IMG/VR virus record: IMGVR_UViG_3300017998_000006
Reading direction: 5' to 3' (one strand)
Origin: a virus
DNA length: 38,335 nt
Each line of letters begins with the position of its first letter. The stretch's first letter is position 1. Under the pieces are notes generated by a model. It searched no databases and was not told the origin of the DNA. It worked only from the letters and a program-made list of their open reading frames with translations. Shown here piece after piece: positions 13,755 through 20,300 of this stretch. The position numbers and the translations under genes were made by a program.

Positions 13755-15286
13755 CAGTTTCGTATCCCTTCCGGTTCGACCGAGTACTCACCGCCAGCAA
13801 AAGCCAGCGCTTGGTTCATCACGTCGTACAGTAGCCGAGGTTTCGGCGCGCGCCTTTCACCAAAGCCGTAGGACATGCGCGTCTTGCCCTCTTCGGAGAG
13901 CTTGTGGTGGTAGGATGCTTCCCCGCCCTGGTCTCCCAAGTGGTCTTTGGCCGTGAAGTACCAGAGCTTCACCACTTCCCCCAGGTCCTCAATGTCGTGA
14001 TACGGCTTCCCTATTCCAAACGCTGAGAGTTTCACCGCCTGGTCCCCGCCTTCGATGTAGAGCTGCGTTCCGCGCTCATTCGAGCACAGCACCGCGTCTC
14101 CGAACCGTTCCAAGTCCACCAGACCCCCGTCGTTCGCGCGCACAGTCAGCTTCTCCAGCTCGCCCAGGGCGGCCAGGTGCGCGTGGTAGTGAACTGGCTT
14201 TTCGACTTCCACCAGCTCACCGGACGGCCGACCGTGGAACTTCTGGTACATCGAGGCCGCCGCGTCTGCGGGGTTCCGTGTCGCCTTCTTCTTGAGCTTC
14301 ACACCCAGCTTCATGAACTCCTGGCCCAGTATGGCAGCCATGGTAGGGTCCACGTTCTTCCGCCGCCCTTTCGCGGCCGCTCGCTGCAATTCCGCCGCGC
14401 CTTCTGGGGTACGCCTTTTGGAGGCCGCGCACACTGCGTTAGGATCGTCCACATCGCCGCGCCTTGATACAGCCGCAACACACCGCGCGAAAGAACTCTG
14501 ACCCGGGTTCAAAGTCTTCTGGACAAGCTCGTCGCGCCGTTCCAAAAGCCTTTTCATCTTTTTAGCATCCGTAGTTCCCAGAATCTCTCGGTTGATGGAG
14601 TCAACCTCAGCTCCGAGCCTCGAATGCGGACCCCTGTTTTTGCGATTCCACGATGTGATGAAGCCTTTCACGTCCTTTTCCGAGTCAAACAGCGAATCAC
14701 CACCACCCAAGGATGTACGCCAGCCCGCCTCGTCCGACCCGTACACCCGGTATCCTTTATAGGTCTGCGAGATCTCGCGCGCCGCAGTATGTGCGGGAGC
14801 ATACCGCGACGCGCTGCGGGCGCTGGCGGGCATGGTTTGACGCGGAGACGTGGCTTTCGAGGAGAAAGGCCAGAGGTTACGGCGGGAAGACTTCAAATCC
14901 GCAATCCGCCGCGCGTACTCGATTCGTTTCGACCTCGGGGTGGCATGGATCATCGCGCCAGCTTCCCCGTGCTCGCCTGAGTGCTGCTGTTGCGAGACAG
15001 CCCAAGCGTACTGCGCAAAAGTCGGTACCCCGCCTTTCGCCGGGTTGTACTGATTCGTCGGAACTCCGGCGCCTATCCGCTTGAATGCCACCGCCAGCTT
15101 CCCGTTACAGGACCGGCACCCATAGGCGAGGTTCTGAAGCTCTCCGTTTGCTTCGTTCCCGTCCAAATGCATAACCCCCAACTGACGACGAGAGCCGCAC
15201 AGAACGCAGCGGCGCTCACCTCGTACCGTGTTCTGAGCGCGATAGCGTTTCGCCCGATCGGTTAGGTTGGCACGCTGAGCCATCAT
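13754..15286 (-). CDS. 510-aa protein with N-terminal HNH-type zinc-finger nuclease motif fused to a large unknown domain
   Basis: Start MMAQRANL at 15286 is ATGA-coupled to 15283..15579; RRCVLCGSRRQLGVMHLDGNEANGELQNLAYGCRSCN fits C-x2-C..H-x-D/N..N..C-x2-C HNH; the remainder has no motif I recognise. Confidence 0.6.
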   Translation of the reverse strand: MMAQRANLTDRAKRYRAQNTVRGERRCVLCGSRRQLGVMHLDGNEANGELQNLAYGCRSCNGKLAVAFKRIGAGVPTNQYNPAKGGVPTFAQYAWAVSQQQHSGEHGEAGAMIHATPRSKRIEYARRIADLKSSRRNLWPFSSKATSPRQTMPASARSASRYAPAHTAAREISQTYKGYRVYGSDEAGWRTSLGGGDSLFDSEKDVKGFITSWNRKNRGPHSRLGAEVDSINREILGTTDAKKMKRLLERRDELVQKTLNPGQSSFARCVAAVSRRGDVDDPNAVCAASKRRTPEGAAELQRAAAKGRRKNVDPTMAAILGQEFMKLGVKLKKKATRNPADAAASMYQKFHGRPSGELVEVEKPVHYHAHLAALGELEKLTVRANDGGLVDLERFGDAVLCSNERGTQLYIEGGDQAVKLSAFGIGKPYHDIEDLGEVVKLWYFTAKDHLGDQGGEASYHHKLSEEGKTRMSYGFGERRAPKPRLLYDVMNQALAFAGGEYSVEPEGIRN

Positions 15287-15579
15287 ATTACGGCCTTTTG
15301 AAGCTTCCGACTGCGCCGCCGGCGCCGAATGCCTTTGGCAACGGTCTGTGTGCCTCGCTTCGTGGTGAAGAACACCGAGAACGCGATGTACAACACACCA
15401 GCCACCGTGGCCCATTCCCCAATGCCCCACTGCGAAAAGTCGAGGCCAGAGTCGAAGAGCCCCATCCCACCGCACCCGCACATGCCAGGACAGCCCAGCC
15501 CTACCTGTCTGTCCCAGGCCGCTTGACCATTCGGCGGGAAACTCGGAACCTGACCACACGGGACGGACTGAATAAACAT
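15283..15579 (-). CDS. Cys-rich C-terminally anchored membrane protein with poly-Arg tail
   Basis: GAGGAGA before ATG 15579 (MFIQSVPCGQ..); GLGCPGMCGCGGMGLF; TM WATVAGVLYIAFSVFF then KGIRRRRRSRKLQKAVI. Confidence 0.6.
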   Translation of the reverse strand: MFIQSVPCGQVPSFPPNGQAAWDRQVGLGCPGMCGCGGMGLFDSGLDFSQWGIGEWATVAGVLYIAFSVFFTTKRGTQTVAKGIRRRRRSRKLQKAVI

Positions 15580-15581
15580 CG

Positions 15582-15884
15582 CTATCTCCTCGCCCCCATC
15601 ATGGCCATCAAAAGAAGGCCCGCAACCACCGCTCCACAGGTGTAGAGAATCCAGTCGCACACGGCAATCGGAGAGGTTATGATCGTGCTCGAACAACCCG
15701 TATCCACGGGTAAGTTTGAAGCCGAATCCCCTGCACTCGTACCAACAGGCAACTGTCCGGTAGGAGCGCCCCAGCATACAAGGTCCACTATGCTGGACCA
15801 CGCGTCACAATCAACGATGGTGCCCGAACTATTGATGCGATAGTCCGCACCAAGCCCTCGCCGAGATGTATGCCGCATCAACAT
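15582..15884 (-). CDS. Cys-containing C-terminally anchored membrane protein with RRGLG leader
   Basis: MLMRHTSRRGLGADY...; 5 Cys; C-terminus DWILYTCGAVVAGLLLMAMMGARR (the longest ORF starts at TTG 15896). Confidence 0.6.
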   Translation of the reverse strand: MLMRHTSRRGLGADYRINSSGTIVDCDAWSSIVDLVCWGAPTGQLPVGTSAGDSASNLPVDTGCSSTIITSPIAVCDWILYTCGAVVAGLLLMAMMGARR

Positions 15885-15983
15885 TCGAGTTTCCAAACAA
15901 ACTGCAAAACCAGCCGGTAGAGCAGGAACATCACCATGCCCCTGCCCTCAACAGCACTACCCTTGCCGCCATCCCGCCCGCCC

Positions 15984-16256
15984 TTATTGCGGCTGAATGG
16001 ACAGGTTCACTTCCTGGTACGCCCCGCCCTTCGCATCGCGGCTTAGATGCCCGCTCGCGGACACCGCTACCGCCTTCAGCGGATCGAACGTGCCCAGACA
16101 CTGATCGATGACGGCGGCAATCTGCTTCACCGTCTCGCGTTCCCCGTCATTCTCCAACCCGGCGGGCGCATCGGCCAAAGGAATCGAGAAAGCCTTCGCA
16201 AGTTTCAGCTTCGCGTCGGCGTTATTTTTCGCAACTACCGTTACACTCCACGACAC
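15984..16256 (-). CDS. Hypothetical 90-aa soluble protein
   Basis: GAGGAG 9 nt before GTG start; MSWSVTVVAKNNADAKLKLAKAF...; overlaps the RHH-like gene by 16 nt. Confidence 0.6.
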   Translation of the reverse strand: MSWSVTVVAKNNADAKLKLAKAFSIPLADAPAGLENDGERETVKQIAAVIDQCLGTFDPLKAVAVSASGHLSRDAKGGAYQEVNLSIQPQ

Positions 16257-16477
16257 GACCTTTTTCTCCTCTTCGTTTTCTGCAAAATCCCAAAATGCCG
16301 GGCCGCATCGACTACGGTTAGTTCCGCAGGAATGCCGCTATCTTCCAAAGCCTTCACCAGCACGTCACGCAGGCCCCCATTCCACACCGCCTCACCGCCC
16401 TTGATTCGCTTCGCCGCCTGATCGCAGAGAGCAAGGACCCCTTGCGGGATCGTCAGGCGAATCCGAGTAATCGGCAT
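16241..16477 (-). CDS. Possible ribbon-helix-helix DNA-binding protein
   Basis: MPITRIRLTIPQGVLALCDQAAKRI (beta-strand then helix, Arc/CopG-like) ..RDVLVKALEDSG; basic tail KTKRRKRS; the start is an internal ATG of ORF 16241..16564. Confidence 0.4.
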   Translation of the reverse strand: MPITRIRLTIPQGVLALCDQAAKRIKGGEAVWNGGLRDVLVKALEDSGIPAELTVVDAARHFGILQKTKRRKRSCRGV

Positions 16478-16488
16478 AGGCTGAGCAC

Positions 16489-16773
16489 TCACCGGCGCCG
16501 CCTCCCACCGCTCAGCATTGCCAGCGCGAAAATGCCCACACCGGCCACGATAGCGACCGTCCACAACGAAAAGCAGAAGCTGCTCCCGCTGGACAAATCA
16601 ATGCAGTAATCGCTCCCTGAACTCGTGCTCGCCGAATTCACTGCAGCACACGGATCGTTTCCAAAAGCATCGGGACAAGACGCAAAGCCCATCCCTCTCA
16701 ATGGCCTCGGTCTCAGTTGGACAGGTTGTATCCAGGCCGGCGTTACCGGTACCGCCGTAAACCTCGTTACCAT
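16489..16773 (-). CDS. Cys-containing C-terminally anchored membrane protein with LRGMG leader
   Basis: MVTRFTAVPVTPAWIQPVQLRPRPLRGMGFASCPDAFGNDPC...; C-terminus LWTVAIVAGVGIFALAMLSGGRRRR. The start is uncertain: the longest ORF to 16968 overlaps the upstream gene by 100 nt. Confidence 0.55.
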   Translation of the reverse strand: MVTRFTAVPVTPAWIQPVQLRPRPLRGMGFASCPDAFGNDPCAAVNSASTSSGSDYCIDLSSGSSFCFSLWTVAIVAGVGIFALAMLSGGRRRR

Positions 16774-16868
16774 CGGGTGTGCCCACCACGGGCCCCGCGA
16801 AGGGTCAACAATCAGTCCCGCGTCGTTGATGCAAGGCGGCTGCCCGGTTTGAGCACAGGGCGGATAGC

Positions 16869-17312
16869 TCACGCGAACCTCCGGCGCTGATAGAATCTGC
16901 CCATGCCGCGGTAGAGGCCCAGCCCGCTCATTCCTTGGGTCACCAGGTACGGCTCCATCAGAGACCAATACTGAGCCGCCGTCATGGTAGCCGTGCGCGG
17001 ATTCGCATCGGTAAATGTGAAAACCGATTCCGGGGCAGGAGGAGTCACCGAGGATACCGACTTGAGGTACACGTTCCAGCCATCCGCCGTCAACAAAGCA
17101 TTCGCCGGAGCCGCCGCGACCATCCGGCTATAGATCGCCGCCAGCGAATTAAAGGCGGGCGTCGTAGTCGTGGGCGTCGTGGTGGCCGGTGTCGTGGTGG
17201 CGGGAGTCGTAGTGGCGGGAGTCGTAGTGGCCACAGCCGGCGTCGCAAAGTACGTCTCGTACACCCAGTACGCCCCAACCCCAATCGCCAGCCACTTGAT
17301 AATGTCTTTCAT
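16869..17312 (-). CDS. N-terminally anchored protein with (T3-4 P A)x5 linker
   Basis: ATGA-coupled start MKDIIKWLAIGVGAYWVY (TM); ATTTPATTTPATTTPATTTPTTTTPA; C-terminus GLGLYRGMGRFYQRRRFA. Confidence 0.65.
   Translation of the reverse strand: MKDIIKWLAIGVGAYWVYETYFATPAVATTTPATTTPATTTPATTTPTTTTPAFNSLAAIYSRMVAAAPANALLTADGWNVYLKSVSSVTPPAPESVFTFTDANPRTATMTAAQYWSLMEPYLVTQGMSGLGLYRGMGRFYQRRRFA
17157..17231. repeat. 5 x 15-nt tandem coding repeat (Thr-Thr-Thr-Pro-Ala units)
   Basis: gggcgtcgtagtcgt / gggcgtcgtggtggc / cggtgtcgtggtggc / gggagtcgtagtggc / gggagtcgtagtggc on the plus strand; the last two units are identical. Confidence 0.9.
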
Positions 17313-18301
17313 CGTTTGCCTCCAGAGGAGAATGCAAAAAGCGAAATGGCACACGCCGCCGCAACCAGCGCCCAGTTCGGAACACCGGCAATCATTTCAT
17401 TGGTGAACCAGTTGGCCGTCGTAGCCGTCGTGGTAGCCGGCGTCGTGGTCGAACCCGTCGTGGTCGAAATGGGCGTGGTCGAAACGGGTGTGGTCGAAAC
17501 GGGCGTAGTAACCGAAGTTGCGGGTGCGGCCTGAACCGTAAAGCTAAACGAGCTTATTCCGATCCCGTTTACCGTCCAGCCCTCGTACCAAGAGCCAATC
17601 GCGGAACTGTCTATGGTGCCCGACAAAGAGAAGTTGCCCCAGTTGTCCGTGGTGCCAGTCGGGGTGGTGTTCATCGCGCCATTCTTCCCGCCCACTACAG
17701 CAATTGGCGCATTTGGCGTGGCGCCGCTGATGCTGATCGTCCAGGTATCGCCCGGATAAAGGACGTTTCCGCCTCGACTCGTTACAAAACTCAGACTCCC
17801 ATGCCCCGGCACTGGAGTAATGGGACCGGCTACGACAATAGAAGGATTCGCAATGGAACTGGACCCAGTCTGAACCACAGGAACGATAGACGCCAAAATG
17901 CTCGAAGGTACCCTGCCACCGTACTGCTGCTGGATATCCGAAATTTGTTGCGCCCGTTTGGTGTTCCGCTGACTGCAAGCGAATTGTGCGGCAACATCGG
18001 GCCCCGGACACAACTCCCACCCAACCGCTGTCTGCAAGTCTGAGTAGGATGCCCATGACGTGTTCATCGCCGCAGAAACAGAAGCAGTGTCTACAGACGG
18101 GTTCGTGCCTTGAGCCGGAGTCGGAACGACCCCTGATTGCATCCCTTGTTGCAGCCAGTAGTCATAATTCGACACGGAATCCGAATACGGGCCACTCGGG
18201 CAATTTGTAGGCGTGCAGGTATCGCCCAGCCCGGCGCGACGCCGCCTCGACGGAACGACGTTCACTCGCACCGCCATCGGAAGCCGCTGTCGAATAATCA
18301 T
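17309..18301 (-). CDS. C-terminally anchored protein: RRRRAGLG leader, Cys-containing domain, beta-sandwich-like domain, Thr/Pro linker
   Basis: ATGA-coupled start MIIRQRLPMAVRVNVVPSRRRRAGLGDTC; ..LYPGDTWTISISGATPNAPIAVVGG..; TTPVSTTPVSTTPISTTTGSTTTPATTTATT; C-terminus WALVAAACAISLFAFSSGGKR. Confidence 0.65.
   Translation of the reverse strand: MIIRQRLPMAVRVNVVPSRRRRAGLGDTCTPTNCPSGPYSDSVSNYDYWLQQGMQSGVVPTPAQGTNPSVDTASVSAAMNTSWASYSDLQTAVGWELCPGPDVAAQFACSQRNTKRAQQISDIQQQYGGRVPSSILASIVPVVQTGSSSIANPSIVVAGPITPVPGHGSLSFVTSRGGNVLYPGDTWTISISGATPNAPIAVVGGKNGAMNTTPTGTTDNWGNFSLSGTIDSSAIGSWYEGWTVNGIGISSFSFTVQAAPATSVTTPVSTTPVSTTPISTTTGSTTTPATTTATTANWFTNEMIAGVPNWALVAAACAISLFAFSSGGKR
17445..17504. repeat. 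4 x 15-nt tandem coding repeat (Thr-Thr-Pro-Val/Ile-Ser units)
   Basis: gtggtcgaacccgtc / gtggtcgaaatgggc / gtggtcgaaacgggt / gtggtcgaaacgggc, with degenerate units on both sides. Confidence 0.85.
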
Positions 18302-19041
18302 GACATCACCGCCACGAGTGCCAAGGCCGCCGCCAGCAAAACCCAAGACGGAAGGCTCGACAGCTCGCTCAATGCGGAATTTGCCGCCCCTGTCACAAGT
18401 GAAGACACCGAATCTGGCACCACATTGGGGTCCTGGCTTATGGGGTCGCGATAAGCATTGAACCAGTTCCAGCACTGGCCCGCCGCCGGCCCGCCTGGCC
18501 AGGGAGAATCCGCCGTAGCCTTCCAGGTACACGCCCCAGACTGCCGATCCGAGATGCACCGCTTACCGGCGTTCCCCGTGGATGGGTTGCCGCACATGTT
18601 CACCAGCGTGGCCCAGATCGCATCGAAGTTTGCCAACGCCGTTTTCTGTTGGCTTTCAGTCCGCGGAGCCGCCACGCTGAAGTAGGTTGAGATGTTCTGC
18701 CGAAGCAGCGGTTCCGCCTGATTTGCCCACCCGGAAGTTTCGATGCACGTCTGTCCACACCCGGAGTTTTTGATAAGATCTGCTGCCAGCAGCGTAATCC
18801 CCACAATCGCCGCGCCAACAATCGGAATGGCGACGGCCGTAGAGACTCCAAGTATGCCAGCGGCCGTGGCCCCCGTTGCGGCCGCTACAGCCGGCGCCGC
18901 TGCCGATCCGAAGGCCTGGGTGTACTGTGCATCCGTGGCCGCCGTGCCCATCCCGCGACTCCGGTGTCTCGATTGCACAGCCCGGCCAAAGCCTTGCACC
19001 GGCGAGACGAACGCGCGCGAATGGGTCCGAATGTACATCAT
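18298..19041 (-). CDS. Two-TM, Cys-rich membrane protein with SRGMG leader
   Basis: MMYIRTHSRAFVSPVQGFGRAVQSRHRSRGMGTAATD; TM ILGVSTAVAIPIVGAAIVGITLLAADLI; 8 Cys in the middle domain (GCGQTC, MCGNPS, KRCISDRQSGAC, GQCWNW); C-terminal TM WVLLAAALALVAVMS. Confidence 0.65.
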   Translation of the reverse strand: MMYIRTHSRAFVSPVQGFGRAVQSRHRSRGMGTAATDAQYTQAFGSAAAPAVAAATGATAAGILGVSTAVAIPIVGAAIVGITLLAADLIKNSGCGQTCIETSGWANQAEPLLRQNISTYFSVAAPRTESQQKTALANFDAIWATLVNMCGNPSTGNAGKRCISDRQSGACTWKATADSPWPGGPAAGQCWNWFNAYRDPISQDPNVVPDSVSSLVTGAANSALSELSSLPSWVLLAAALALVAVMS

Positions 19042-20162
19042 TTCTTTGCGATCAACAAAACAGCACCCAGGGCAGCCACCAGCACCAGGATTGTGCCCGT
19101 GCTCAAACCGCCAATGCCAGAAGACGAAAGCAGGGAACTCGCCGCCGTGCTGCTGGATGGCGTGATAATCGTCGTCCCGCTCGCCGTCTTATACGTGGTA
19201 GTGGGCGCGATGACGCGGCTAGCAATCGTCGTCCACGAGTTCAGTAGTGTGTTCAGCTCGTTCTGAAAGCTGGATCCGCCGGTGGTCGACAATCCCCCGC
19301 TCGATGATTCGGCAACTGGGCATTGAGCGGAACCCAGAACGCAGCTCGTGCCATCCGAGAACTCAACGATACTGTCGCCTCCGGCCGTTACCGTAGGGTC
19401 TGGAATCGTTACGCAGTTGGCCCCGTCCTCATCGCACTGGTAGGTATCCCCCAATCCGCGCATCCCACGCCGCCGGCGCATAAGCCGTGTCCGCGGTACA
19501 GCGCCCATGCCCGACCATCCCCGGCCGCGGATGTATCCCGCCATCCTCTTTATAGGGCGCTCACGCTCCACCGGCTGCCCGTCCTGGTCCCATGCCTGGT
19601 AGCGGAGGATGTGATCTGCCGGGACTTCCCACCCCGGATACTTCGCATCCGGCGGCATCGCGTCCATAACGAATCGCCGGCCGTCCTCAAGCGTGGCTAC
19701 CGCGTAGACGTGCGACCAGCGCTGCGCATCCCCCGGATCGGCCGCCACCGTGACGATCTCCCACGGCACGCCCAAGCACTCGAGGAAGCAGCACACGAGC
19801 ATTGTGAAATCGTCGCAGTCGCCTTGCGGACTCCTGGCGCGCACCATGACCGAGGGCGACACCAGCAGTTCAAGCTCCGGCGGGTTGGGCGTGGGGATGT
19901 GCTGTAGCAGTGAATCGTCGGAAACAAACTTCAGGGTATGGCGGATCGACCACCAGATGGCCCAGCACGCAGCGTAGGCCCCGGCCCGCCCTTGCGAATA
20001 CTTCAGGAGCGCATTGCGCGCGGCCGCTTGCACCACAGGGTCTTGCGCACACTGGCGGATCTGCTGTGCCATGAGCGCAACTGTTTGCGCGGTCGAGTGG
20101 TCCTGATTGTTTAGGTCCGCCTGGTAGCGCTCGACCATGATCGGAAGGGTAGAGGTGGCCAT
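19038..20162 (-). CDS. Transglutaminase-like cysteine-protease domain protein with S/T-rich C-terminal half and C-terminal TM anchor
   Basis: QGDC(116)DDF, 35 aa, WSH(151)VY, 16 aa, VMD(167)A = Cys-His-Asp spacing of transglutaminase-like/papain-type fold; LMRRRRGMRGLGDTYQC at ~aa 228-243; C-terminus GTILVLVAALGAVLLIAKK. Confidence 0.55.
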   Translation of the reverse strand: MATSTLPIMVERYQADLNNQDHSTAQTVALMAQQIRQCAQDPVVQAAARNALLKYSQGRAGAYAACWAIWWSIRHTLKFVSDDSLLQHIPTPNPPELELLVSPSVMVRARSPQGDCDDFTMLVCCFLECLGVPWEIVTVAADPGDAQRWSHVYAVATLEDGRRFVMDAMPPDAKYPGWEVPADHILRYQAWDQDGQPVERERPIKRMAGYIRGRGWSGMGAVPRTRLMRRRRGMRGLGDTYQCDEDGANCVTIPDPTVTAGGDSIVEFSDGTSCVLGSAQCPVAESSSGGLSTTGGSSFQNELNTLLNSWTTIASRVIAPTTTYKTASGTTIITPSSSTAASSLLSSSGIGGLSTGTILVLVAALGAVLLIAKK

Positions 20163-20171
20163 TCAGCCAAG

Positions 20172-20201
20172 AGAGTACCACCAATCCCAAAGCCTTGTAA
20201 A
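20172..20201 (-). promoter_or_regulatory. Candidate leftward promoter of the late block (TTTACA-18-TACTCT), near-leaderless
   Basis: Minus strand reads TTTACA (20201..20196), an 18-nt spacer, TACTCT (20177..20172), then 9 nt to ATG 20162; no SD in between. Confidence 0.4.
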
Positions 20202-20300
20202 CCATTCGCCTTAAAGTAGTTTACACTAAGGGCGGTGCCGCACAGGTGCCGTATTGATGCCCTCCAGTGCCAGAAAAAGTGCTAAAATGAGGCTGAAACT

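Noticed and set aside
13754-15559. Long N-terminal extensions of several minus-strand ORFs: 13754..15559, 15283..15801, 17309..18559, 16241..16564, 8121..8597, 10786..11337
   Set aside because: The extensions overlap the preceding gene in another frame and have non-protein-like composition. Internal ATGs sit exactly at ATGA/TGATG junctions or behind good SD sequences, so I used the shorter forms.
15582-19041. Twin-arginine (Tat) signal interpretation of the RRGLG / RRRRAGLG leaders
   Set aside because: Tat signals need a hydrophobic h-region and an A-x-A site right after the RR motif. Here the motif is followed by polar, Cys-containing sequence (ADYRINSSG, DTCTPTNCPSG). Only 18298..19041 has an Ala-rich stretch after it.
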